DNA of 64,000 bases from Octopus sinensis (lineage: Eukaryota), in contig NC_043005.1 of NCBI RefSeq assembly GCF_006345805.1, forward strand, positions 67,580,001 to 67,644,000, written 5' to 3'. Each line of letters opens with the position of its first letter. Position 1 is the first letter of the stretch. Made by a program: the position numbers and the translations under genes. Under the pieces are notes generated by a model that searched no databases, was not told the DNA's origin, and saw only the letters and a program-made list of their open reading frames with translations. Shown here piece by piece: positions 13,311-23,375 of this stretch.

Positions 13311-14110
13311 GTAGTAAGTTGGGTAAGCATATTTCTAGAAAGATAATGCTACAACAGATTGGGAAAATATATGTCATGTGCGAAAATTTGAAACCAATCT
13401 CTTTATAGCAAATCCTTTGTGATGAAATAACCATTAGAAATGCAATAAAAATATTCTAGCATCTATATTTATATAATAATACTTTAAACAAGATATAACC
13501 ATTAATACGTTATACCTTCAACAAATCATGTGCGATGTGTTTGTTCTAATAACATTGCTAGAGAATGCAGGTTAACAGTTGAAATCTGTGATATTCCTTA
13601 GGGTGTTTCTCACAAAGAATGGTTTATGCATTCAACAAGATCAATATTTATTGAATAAAAATTGTGTAATTTTTTCTATTTGATCAGGCGAGCATGAGCG
13701 CTTGTATGTAAGAGCCGAGTGGTTAAGAAATTCGCTTCGTAAGGTATTGATCTTCCTTCTAATGGATGGCACCTAGTCAAATGTTTTCGAGATAGCTTCG
13801 GATCAAACCATGCCATATGAAGGGAAATGGACAGCGTAGAATTGGGTAAAAGTCTGTTGAATAGGCTTTACTTTTAATCCTTTCTTGCCATAATCTCTAA
13901 CACAGTGATTCTAGTTGTGATTTACATAAACTGTAAATCTCGCTACACAATACACCGGTTTTGAATGCATTTATACATCAGATAATGACACCTTTTGGCA
14001 CGCACACACATTTATACAGCGTCTCAAACATACAGACATGCATATGCATGTATACATATACATACGTATACAAACACGCACTCACACAAAATATACATAT
14101 ATGTATATGC

Positions 14111-14149
<39 letters not shown>

Positions 14150-14181
14150 GTATATATATATATATATATATAATATATATG

Positions 14182-14265
<84 letters not shown>

Positions 14266-14449
14266 TGGCAGGGCAAGACTGCTAGGTCTTTTTAAATTGA
14301 TATTGAAATTAATATTAATTTATCTCCCTCATTATTTATATATATATATATAGGTAGATAGGTAGAGTTTACGAAAAAAACAGAAGACGAAGACAGGTGC
14401 TGTACAAAACAAACAGATGTATTAGTATAACGCACAGGTATAGAAAAAT

Positions 14450-14487
14450 TCTTTTACGTTTCGAACCTACGCTCTTCTACAGAAAGA
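14450..14487 (-). ncRNA. Hammerhead-like motif with non-canonical core (U at position 6)
   Basis: Minus strand reads tcttt-CTGTAGA-A-GAGC(gtag)GTTC-GAAA-CG-TA/aaaga. Confidence 0.5.
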
Positions 14488-14627
14488 GACACAGAAAAAA
14501 CAAGAAGAGAAAAAATGTGTGTAGTGGCTAACGATCTATCATGGTGATACATATATATATAAGAATTTTTTGCGTACTGAGATAAAAAACCAAGACTGTG
14601 TAGATATTAGAACATTTATAGATAGAA

Positions 14628-14676
14628 GTTCTTACAGCTGTTTCCAGGATATTTATTATATCCCTTCATCGGAGAC
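14628..14676 (-). ncRNA. Degenerate hammerhead-like motif
   Basis: Minus strand reads gtct-CCGATGA-agggatat(aataa)atatcctg-GAAA-C(AGCT)G-TA/agaac. Confidence 0.5.
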
Positions 14677-14994
14677 GGCGTGAGAGGACGGTTAAGTCAT
14701 AGTTAGTTTAGATGTGATACAAAATAGAGAGTGAGGTGGAGGAAAGAAGATAGTTATAAGATATGTAGGGATATTGAAGTTTTAGATCCATTTTTAGGCA
14801 GAATGGTCTGTCTATAGCACTTACTCACCATTACCTGACACCTTTGGGTCTCAATGACACCATTATCTCTTTATATATATATATATATTATAATAGTATA
14901 ATCTTTAAGACAACAAAAGAATGATAGAGAACTCGATATTATGTATATAGAGGAAATTATCTGTCATATAATAAGTGACAATTATTCGGTTGCC

Positions 14995-15059
14995 ATAATA
15001 AAATTCCGTGTTTCGGATGTCGGGGCGGAAACCTGCTCCGGCATCTCTTCAGTTGTTGA
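14995..15059 (-). ncRNA. Degenerate hammerhead-like motif (family of 31031-31095)
   Basis: Minus strand reads CTGAAGA-GATGCCGG...CCGACATC-c-GAAA-cacggaa-TT/ttatt. Long stem II; stems I and III decayed. Confidence 0.45.
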
Positions 15060-15356
15060 GGCAATCAAAATATGCTATGAAAATGACCGCTAAACAAAGG
15101 GAAATTACTATGTAACTGACGGTTATGAAGACAAAAGAGCTATTAGAATGGCCGTTAAATAAAGGGAAAACGGAAGGGGAGGGAGTAATAAGTAAAGGAG
15201 TGAAAATGCTCATAGCAATCGCGTATGCGCGCATGTACATACACACGCGCGCGCATGTGCATACCTACGCGCGCGCACCCACGTACATGTGCCTCTATGC
15301 ATATGCTTACTCACACTCGCATGCAATACACACATACGACAATAGATGCACATATA

Positions 15357-16646
15357 CGAGGGGCGTTCAATAAGTAATGCCCCTGACCCACTTCCCATAG
15401 CAGTAGAGCAACGAAACTTGGCACAGTTATTAGTTTTTTTCTACATAGGAACCACCCAGAGTTACGCATTTCTCCCATCGTTTGATGCAGCTCTGAAGAC
15501 CGTTTCTGTAGAAGACACCACCTTGGTCCTCCAGCCACGACGTGACTTCAGAAATCAAGGCTGCATCATCTGGGAAACGCTTTCCTTTCAAAAACAACTT
15601 CATGGCTGGGAACAGGTGAAAATCAGAAGGTGCAAGGTCAGAAGAGTAGGGGGATGGGGGAGGAGTTCATAGCCGCACGCCTGTGCTTCTGATCTGGCGA
15701 CACGCGAGTTGTGTACCGGAGCGTTGTCCTGCAGGAGGAGGATGCCTTTGCTGATCTTGCCCCGCCTTTTGATTTTCATAGCTTCTCTTAATTTCCTCAA
15801 AACTAAAGCATAATAGGCTTCTGTAATTGTGGCACCATTTGCCAGGAAATCTGTCATCACTACTCCGTCCTGGTCCCAGAAGACTGTGAGCATGACCTTG
15901 CTAGCGGAGGGCTGCACCATTGCCTCCTTTGGAGGAGGGGAGTCACGGTGCTTCCACTGCATTGACTGGGCTTTGGTCTCTGGATCATAGTGATGGACCC
16001 AGGTTTCATCCTGTGCAATCAGTCTTTTGAAAAATTTTGACTCATCTTCTTGGCACATCTCCAAATTCACCCTCGAGCAATCGACGCGTTCTTGCTTCTG
16101 GAAAGACGTGAGCAACCTTGGAATCCATCTGGTAGACACCTTTTGCATATGCAAATGGTCATGAATGATAGTTTCCACAGACCCGGTACTAATCTTGACC
16201 TCATGGGCTATTTCGCGAATAGTTATGCGTCGATCTTCCAAAATGGCAGCCTCAACTTGACGGACAGATGCCTCATCAATGGCAGAAGAGGGGGACCAGA
16301 TCTGGGAGCTGTTTCCACAGAGTTCCGACCATGTTTGAATTCACGATGCCAGCGTTTTACAAGGTCATATGATGGGGCATTATCACAATAAGTTACTTTC
16401 ATTTCATCAAAAGTCTCCCGTGGTGTGTGTCCTTTCAAATACAAAAACCGGATCACTGCTTGACATTCAACAGACTCCATTTCACACTTAACTCAGTTCA
16501 AACACCTGTAAATGAGAAACCACAATTAGTTTAGAGCTGTAATTTGCAACTTAATCTATAGAGATATAAATAATTGTACATGCAAAATTTCAGCTAGATC
16601 GAACAACTTCAAGTGGATCAGGGCATTACTTATTGAACGCCTCTCG
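15357..16646 (-). mobile_element. Full-length mariner transposon (1290 bp)
   Basis: TIRs CGAGGGGCGTTCAATAAGTAATGCCC (1 mismatch), TA target duplication on both sides, internal D,D34D transposase. Confidence 0.95.
15430..16480 (-). pseudogene. Mariner transposase with two 1-nt frameshifts and no nonsense codons
   Basis: MESVECQAVIRFL...WIPRLL...AQDETW...LQDNAPVH...HPP/YSSDLAPSDF...YVEKN*; shifts near 16292 and 15652, both in G/C homopolymers. Confidence 0.9.
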
Positions 16647-17084
16647 TATATGCAACCATGCATATACACGTATACATATCCACACACACGCGCGCACACA
16701 CACACACACGTGCACATACCCATACGCGCACAGGTATATTCAAATACACGTCTAAAATTACGCACATGCTATATGCTCACACACTCGCGTGGAGCACATG
16801 CATGTACACCAACTTATATATGCAACCATACACATGTACATATACATGTAAATATATACATACCCGCACTCACGCACACACGCGCGCGCGCACACAAAAA
16901 TTCCCATATACACGTCTATATACGCACATGCAAAGGAAAAATGCTGGGTGGAAGGTAAAATACAGAATAAATGTGTTAAATTATATAAACAATAAAAATA
17001 TTAAAATATATCTCTGTAAATATGTAAAAAATATATATTAAAAGTATGCAGAGATAAAAAGCGTATACGTGGACACACGCATAC

Positions 17085-17206
<122 letters not shown>

Positions 17207-18053
17207 TCATATACGTATACATTTATATATGAATATGCATATGTTTGAATATATATATATATATATATGTTACGTTTATGCAGATGTATACACAAACACA
17301 CTTACAAACACATAACTATAAGATATTTATCAGTTAAATTTTCCCTGTAATCATCATAAAAAGACTAGTGGAAGATCGAAAGATCATAACATATTGACCA
17401 CTGGTAATTGATCATTTCGTCCTATCATATTTCAGATTAGATCACTTAGAGTGTGTTACATTCAAAACATTCAGGGTTATACCGTGCATAAAATACACTT
17501 GTTCGAATTTTCTTCTTTTTTACTAAACATGGATTTCTCTACAGTAATATGATAATCAGTAAACGGAAAAGGACCTTTGGTTCATTATGTTCATTTCATA
17601 TCTCGTATCGTTCGAAACCATAACAGACCAAGAAACTCGCGATGGTTGCAAATTAGTATCCTGTAATTATTACTGTCTTATTTTTTAAAATGTTACTGCT
17701 GAATCTAGTCCCCAGGACTATTTATAGCAACAAGGTCTGGCTCGTTGTTACATAGGTGTATTTTTATATATGGTAGCTGTAGACACGATTTTCATGAGCT
17801 GTTTAACTCTGTTCCATATATATCTCATATTATAATATCACAACTCTAAATATGCTAACATATTACTTTCTCTATATTGACTACGATATGGTATTACGTC
17901 TCAAATAACATCGGTCAAAATAACTTCGCCGCAAGAATATCTAACGCCTGACTCATATGAGTATGTTAGTATATGTCTGGCTGTACGTATGTATACATAT
18001 ATGCGTATAAATGTATGTATGAAAACATATGCATGTGTATATGTTTGTTTGTT

Positions 18054-18089
<36 letters not shown>

Positions 18090-18173
18090 CACATGTATAT
18101 ATACATATATATATATGTTTATATATAAATTTATATATGCACATAGATTTATATACAAAATATATATTCTGTA

Positions 18174-18419
18174 TACTCTTTTACTCTTTTACTTGTTTCA
18201 GCCATTTGACTGTGGTTATGCTGGAGCACCGCCTTTAGTCGAGCAAATCGATCCCAGGACTTATTATGTGTAAGCCTAGGACTTATTCTATCGGTCTCTT
18301 TTACTGAACTGCTAAGTTACGGGGATGTGAAAACACCAACATCGGTTGTCAAGCGATTTGGGGGACAAAAACAGACACATAAACATATACACACACATAC
18401 ATACATATATATATATATA

Positions 18420-18460
<41 letters not shown>

Positions 18461-18624
18461 GACGAGCTTCTTTCAGTTTCCGTCTACCAAATCCACTCAC
18501 AAGGCTTTGGTCGGCCCAAGGCTATAATAGAAGACACTTGACCATCGTGCCACGCAGTGGGACTGAACCCGAAACCATGTGGTCGGTGAGCAAGCTACTT
18601 ACCACACAGCCACTCCTACGCCTA
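18174..18624 (-). mobile_element. SINE family A, full length
   Basis: TAGGCGTAGGAGTGGCTGTGTGGTAAG head, GGTTCAGTCCC B-box, internal (TA)n, (AAAAGAGT) tail. Confidence 0.85.
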
Positions 18625-19458
18625 CACACATGCATATATATATTTATATATGTGTGTGTGTGTCTGTGTGTGTGTATACATTTATTTTATGTAAGAGAAA
18701 AAATAAATATGATTGGCATCCAAATTAACTTAGTTTAACCACGAAAATATTTTCTCCTGTAATGGTAAAGTACCAGAAGCAAACCACGCATTCAAAATAC
18801 TCTGGTCGCTTGTGTAGATCATTCGCTAAGGCTACTGGCAAGGACTGCCGCGACATGAACAGAAAGACTATCTGTTCTAACTCATCCTGACGGATACCAC
18901 AATATGAAGTAGCAGCTAGAAACACTTGTCTCTACCTGAGACGAATATATAGAAATGCTTTGCAAATTTTGTTCGGAGTGAAAACATTAACTGCAACTAC
19001 ACAAAGAACTTCTTTGTTGGCAGAATTGCCTTGGACGTATTTTACCTGCGTATAAAACTTTTTCTGTTTTGTGTATTACTAAACACTTAACCATTTAGGA
19101 TGAAAAGAAAAAAAACTGAAATTCGTATTTTTAAAATAAAATCTATTCTCTCTCTATTTCAGAAACTTCATGGAATGTTCAATTTAACTTGATTTGTCTC
19201 TCGATTTATGCTATGCAGATGATTCAGCTACCAACGACTAAAATCTTGAATAATTTTATTTCATGGAAAATATGAAATATTCATGTTCTTCAACTTAACT
19301 TAGTTTAACCTAGGAGAGATTCAATCCCCTTAATGCTAAATCACAAGAAGCAATCCTAGCCTGAACACACACACACACACACACGCACGCACACACAGAC
19401 GCACATGGGTGAGTGTGTATGTATGTGTATAGACGTATACATAAATATACATGTAATA

Positions 19459-19682
19459 CAGAGTGCGGCATAAAGGTTGCCCCGATTTCAAAGGTTAATC
19501 AGAAACAAACACAGGAAGATGTATGAAAAAACATTGGTGGTTGCCACTTAAGTGATACAATTATTAAAACTACTTGAACCAGAATGGCACTTCATAGAAA
19601 TACAAAGTTTTTCTTGTATTTTCATGTGTTTGTTTTTTTTTATTAACTTTTAAAATCGGGGTGACCTTTCTGCCTCACCCTG
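19459..19682. mobile_element. Tc1/mariner-type MITE (224 bp)
   Basis: Imperfect TIRs of about 41 bp, CAG(A/G)GTG..GGCA.AAAGGT..CCCCGATTT.AAA.GTTAAT, with TA on both flanks. Confidence 0.85.
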
Positions 19683-21094
19683 TACATGCTTATATATGTG
19701 TATATATGCATATCCATACTTTATATATACATATGTATGCACATGTGAGTATGTGTGTGCGCGTGTGTATTGAAACAAACACATACGTATATGTATATAA
19801 TAGTACATATATGGTTTTACTTTGTATTTATATTCTGTGTATTCCTGAATTTTTAATTTGTCACCTTTTAAAACGTATCTGACTTCTGTATTCTTTCGCT
19901 CCAACAATTCTTTCTTAATGTCTACAGAGGGAATTGTCATCGAAAAATAGCAAATGTCTTTGTAAGGTTGCAAAATCTTTTCAGCATTTGACAAATTGAG
20001 AGACAAAAGAAAGGAACGAGGAATACTACAAATGTCAAATGGAAATCATTGGCTGTGTATTTCCTTTTATCTATTGTCTACTTTGTGCGCTGTAAAGTCA
20101 TTTTATCTTTCACTGTCGTGTTCATTCGTGCTGTGTTCAGAGTATTATTCTAATATTCCACTGCGTACCATCTATTGTACATTAAATTACTACAGATCTT
20201 GTAACAAATGTGAAGGGAAATCAGCAGGATTTTAGTTAGAAATTACATATTATATGGTATATGTGCGTATTGGGGAATGGGCATGACTGAATAGCTAAGA
20301 AATTCGTCTCGAGATCATTGTGATCCAATTTCGGCGCTTGGAGCAAGTGTAATCTGCCTTATTTTCTAGTGGAGCTACTCATTTTCAGTGAAGTTAGAAA
20401 TACAGAAACTGTATAGACATCTCAGCTTGGTAACGTAGAAAATCACCCTGACTTCGCTGAAATACTACGCTAAAGAATTATGTCAATGTAATAACCCCCT
20501 CAGACAATAATTCAAAAGACAGCTTGCTTCATTCATCGAACAACTGAAAATGCCATTGTAAAAATCGAGAATGAAACTTTTACTTATTGTTTAACTGGAT
20601 CAAATTGCAATTTTTGTTTCAGGAACGATATGGTAAGGTATCTTCAATAGATTACTGCACTAAGATGAGGAACTTAAATAGATTACAAACTTAGATGGGG
20701 AACTTTCACTCAAATATGTAATACATTTCAGTGAGACTTAAGATTTCAAACTGAGGATATGGATATAGATATGTTGTAATGCATATAACATGATCAAAGT
20801 ATGATTACTTCAAAACACTTCAAAAAATCTTCACAGCGCTTGCTACAATTCTATTGTAGCTATTACTGGAGGATAATATATGTACATACATATACATTAT
20901 ACATACATATATATATATATATTATAAGCGGGATCAGCCATCTGAATGTGGCTAGGGACAGGGCGGGGTGGTGGGGGTGTTACTGATGCATTTAGCCCCA
21001 GGCGACTATAGACGTCACTAGAAGAGTCGACACCATCACGGTGTCCTTGCTAGCCTGTAAAGGGAGATCAGCCTCCCCGAAGATACGGATGCTA

Positions 21095-21137
21095 CACACG
21101 GACCGGTTTCGAGGTAGTCGCCTCTCGTCAGCGCATG
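21095..21137 (-). ncRNA. Minimal type I hammerhead ribozyme (mirror copy in the left palindrome arm)
   Basis: Exact reverse complement of 21580-21622. Confidence 0.9.
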
Positions 21138-21579
21138 GCAAGCACCGTTCTTCGTTGAGGGACTTCCTCTACAGGCTAGAAATATATAGATTTTCACAGT
21201 AAACACAGTCACTGGCGTAGAAAATCTGTTCGATAACAATAATAAATCTCTGAGCGAGGTATAAACAGTAACTGCTCTGTAATATAAGCGGGATCAGCCA
21301 TCTGAATGTGGCTAGGGACAGGGCGGGGTGGTGGGGGTGTTACTGATGCATTTAGCCCCAGGCGACTATAGACGTCACACCCCCACCACCCCGCCCTGTC
21401 CCTAGCCACATTCAGATGGCTGATCCCGCTTATATTACAGAGCAGTTACTGTTTATACCTCGCTCAGAGATTTATTATTGTTATCGAACAGATTTTCTAC
21501 GCCAGTGACTGTGTTTACTGTGAAAATCTATATATTTCTAGCCTGTAGAGGAAGTCCCTCAACGAAGAACGGTGCTTGC

Positions 21580-21622
21580 CATGCGCTGACGAGAGGCGAC
21601 TACCTCGAAACCGGTCCGTGTG
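21580..21622 (+). ncRNA. Minimal type I hammerhead ribozyme, intact core
   Basis: CAUGCG-CUGACGA-GAGG(CGACUA)CCUC-GAAA-CCGG-UC/CGUGUG. Stem I is 6 bp (2 G-U), stem II is 4 bp, and stem III is one A-U pair capped by the palindrome CCGG. GUC cleavage site after 21616. Confidence 0.9.
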
Positions 21623-21834
21623 TAACATCCGTATCTTCGGGGAGGCTGATCTCCCTTTACAGGCTAGCAAGGACACCGTGATGGTGTCGGCTCTTCTAGT
21701 GACGTATATAGTCGCCTGGGGCTAAATGCATCAGTAACACCCCCACCACCCCGCCCTGTCCCTAGCCACATTCAGATGGCTGATCCCGCTTATATTACAG
21801 AGCAGTTACTGTTTATACCTCGCTCAGAGATTAT

Positions 21835-21883
<49 letters not shown>

Positions 21884-22018
21884 GAGGGAGGGTATCTAAT
21901 AGATACTACCATGCTAGAGATAGCAGTCCAAACTTAACTCTAAAACCACTTCATGTATTCATACAGCACAAAATGAAAAGACACACAGACAAATAAACGA
22001 GCAAAAAATTATTGGATA

Positions 22019-22076
22019 ATCCCAGATCCGGATTTCTGGATCAGTATAAAAACATACTCGGTCTCATCAGTGTGAT
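22019..22076 (-). ncRNA. Hammerhead-like motif, third variant
   Basis: Minus strand reads atcaca-CTGATGA-gaccgagtat(gttttt)atactgatcca-GAAA-T(CCGG)A-TC/tgggat; stem II is imperfect. Confidence 0.6.
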
Positions 22077-22103
22077 ATACACAGGTAATACATATATGTA
22101 TAT

Positions 22104-22151
<48 letters not shown>

Positions 22152-22221
22152 GACATCTCCGCTGTCTGTGTCCGATTAATATTTGCGGGGGGAAATCATC
22201 GTTCCCATCTCGAGCCTTGCG

Positions 22222-22275
22222 TGATACGCAGGGAACCGGGTTCGTGGGTAGCAACCCGTCATCAGTGTGTGATAA
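22222..22275 (-). ncRNA. Degenerate hammerhead, subfamily 2
   Basis: Minus strand reads cacacaCTGATGAcgggttgctacccaCGAAcccggttc; the GAAA motif and stem I are mutated. Confidence 0.55.
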
Positions 22276-22584
22276 TCATGTGCTAGTAATGAACTTTCCT
22301 TCCACACGCAAAAATACTATATGATTTTTCCAGTGACACACTGTCGCTGATCTCAAAAAAGGAGAAATACGCAATATTAAATCTCTGACCGAGAAGTAAA
22401 CAGTAGCAGCACGGAATCGTAAAATATAATTGCCAACTAAACGTGGGGGACCCATAGAAGACGATGCTACTGTTGTTTTTAGCCCCAGGAGGACCTCTCC
22501 TCCAGCTGGATAACGCCACACTGTCTGTCTGTGTCCGATTACTATTTGCGAGGGAAAATCATCTTTCCCATCTCTAGCCTTACA

Positions 22585-22637
22585 TGATACACACAGACCC
22601 TGGTTTCTGAGTAGTAGCCCATCGTTAGTTTGTGATA
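22585..22637 (-). ncRNA. Degenerate hammerhead, subfamily 2
   Basis: Minus strand reads cacaaaCTAACGAtgggctactactcaGAAAccagggTCtgtgtg; core G5 is mutated to A. Confidence 0.55.
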
Positions 22638-22672
22638 TGGCTTTTCCGAGTTTTCATCGCTAGTTCGTGTTT

Positions 22673-22722
22673 ATCACACACTGATGACGGGTTACTACCC
22701 AGAAACCCGGGTCTGTGTGTAT
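22673..22722 (+). ncRNA. Minimal type I hammerhead ribozyme, subfamily 2
   Basis: CACACA-CUGAUGA-CGGGU(UACU)ACCCA-GAAA-C(CCGG)G-UC/UGUGUG. Core intact; C.A mismatch at the base of stem II (U-A in a sister copy). Confidence 0.8.
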
Positions 22723-22946
22723 CACGTAAGGCTAGAGATGGGAACGATAATTCCCCCTCGCAAATACTAATCGGACACAGACAATGTGTCGTTCGCCAGC
22801 TGGGGGAGATGTCCTCCTGGGGCTAAAAACAACAGTATCATCGACGTCTATGAGACTGCTACATTTAGTTGGCAGTGATATTTTATGATTCTGTACTGCT
22901 ACTGTTTACTTTCTCGCTCAAAGATTTAATGTTGCCTATATATATG

Positions 22947-22991
<45 letters not shown>

Positions 22992-22997
<6 letters not shown>

Positions 22998-23160
22998 AAG
23001 AGTTATGAATGGTACAACAATGAACTATAATACAAGCAATGGGCTATATACTTGTTGTAATTTAGTCATCTATCAGACTATGGATGACTAAATTACAACA
23101 GGTATATAGCCCATTGTCTGTATTATAGTGCTTGTTGTACCATACAGAACTTTTTATTCT
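22992..23160. repeat. Imperfect palindrome, arms of about 79 bp
   Basis: 22992-23070 pairs with 23083-23160; 12-nt loop TATCAGACTATG. Confidence 0.85.
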
Positions 23161-23306
23161 TTGCAAACAATACACAATGCTTCAAGCGAACTTCAATACT
23201 CTCCTATATATACATAGCGTATTGGTTATCCACATAGTGGTTTATCCCTAGCGTATTAGTTATCCACATAGTGGTTTATCCCTAAATATACACATGTATA
23301 AATATA

Positions 23307-23375
<69 letters not shown>

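Larger units (their letters stand above)
14352..15130 (-). mobile_element. Three different HHR-bearing non-autonomous repeats in series
   Basis: 14352-14552 matches 44680-44872 and partly 40020-40195. 14890-15060 matches 31037-31195. The units are separated by (TA)n. Confidence 0.55.
20923..21837. mobile_element. Retrozyme-like 360-bp tandem unit arranged as a fold-back palindrome
   Basis: Unit 20923-21282 restarts at 21283 (360-bp period), then inverts at 21377. Arms 20923-21340 and 21377-21794 differ at 3 positions. One HHR per unit; (TA)n on both flanks. Confidence 0.8.
22149..22940. mobile_element. Second, diverged retrozyme-like array with inversion
   Basis: Period of about 363 bp (HHR at 22222 vs 22585). 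Inverted arm 22671-22937 matches 22372-22637. Shares TAAATCTCTGA.CGAG, TAAACAGTA and TTTAGCCCCAGG blocks with the 20.9 kb unit. Confidence 0.75.

Noticed and set aside
20607-20640. Plus-strand micro-exon-like signal TTTCAG-GAACGATATG-GTAAGG (similar case at 38220-38240 on the minus strand)
   Set aside because: Such short signals arise by chance in AT-rich DNA; unverifiable without RNA-seq.
20923-21837. Repeat-spacer (CRISPR-like) or protein-coding interpretation of the 360-bp unit
   Set aside because: There are no unique spacers or cas genes and the context is eukaryotic. The paired 66-67 aa ORFs use non-ATG starts and simply mirror the palindrome.
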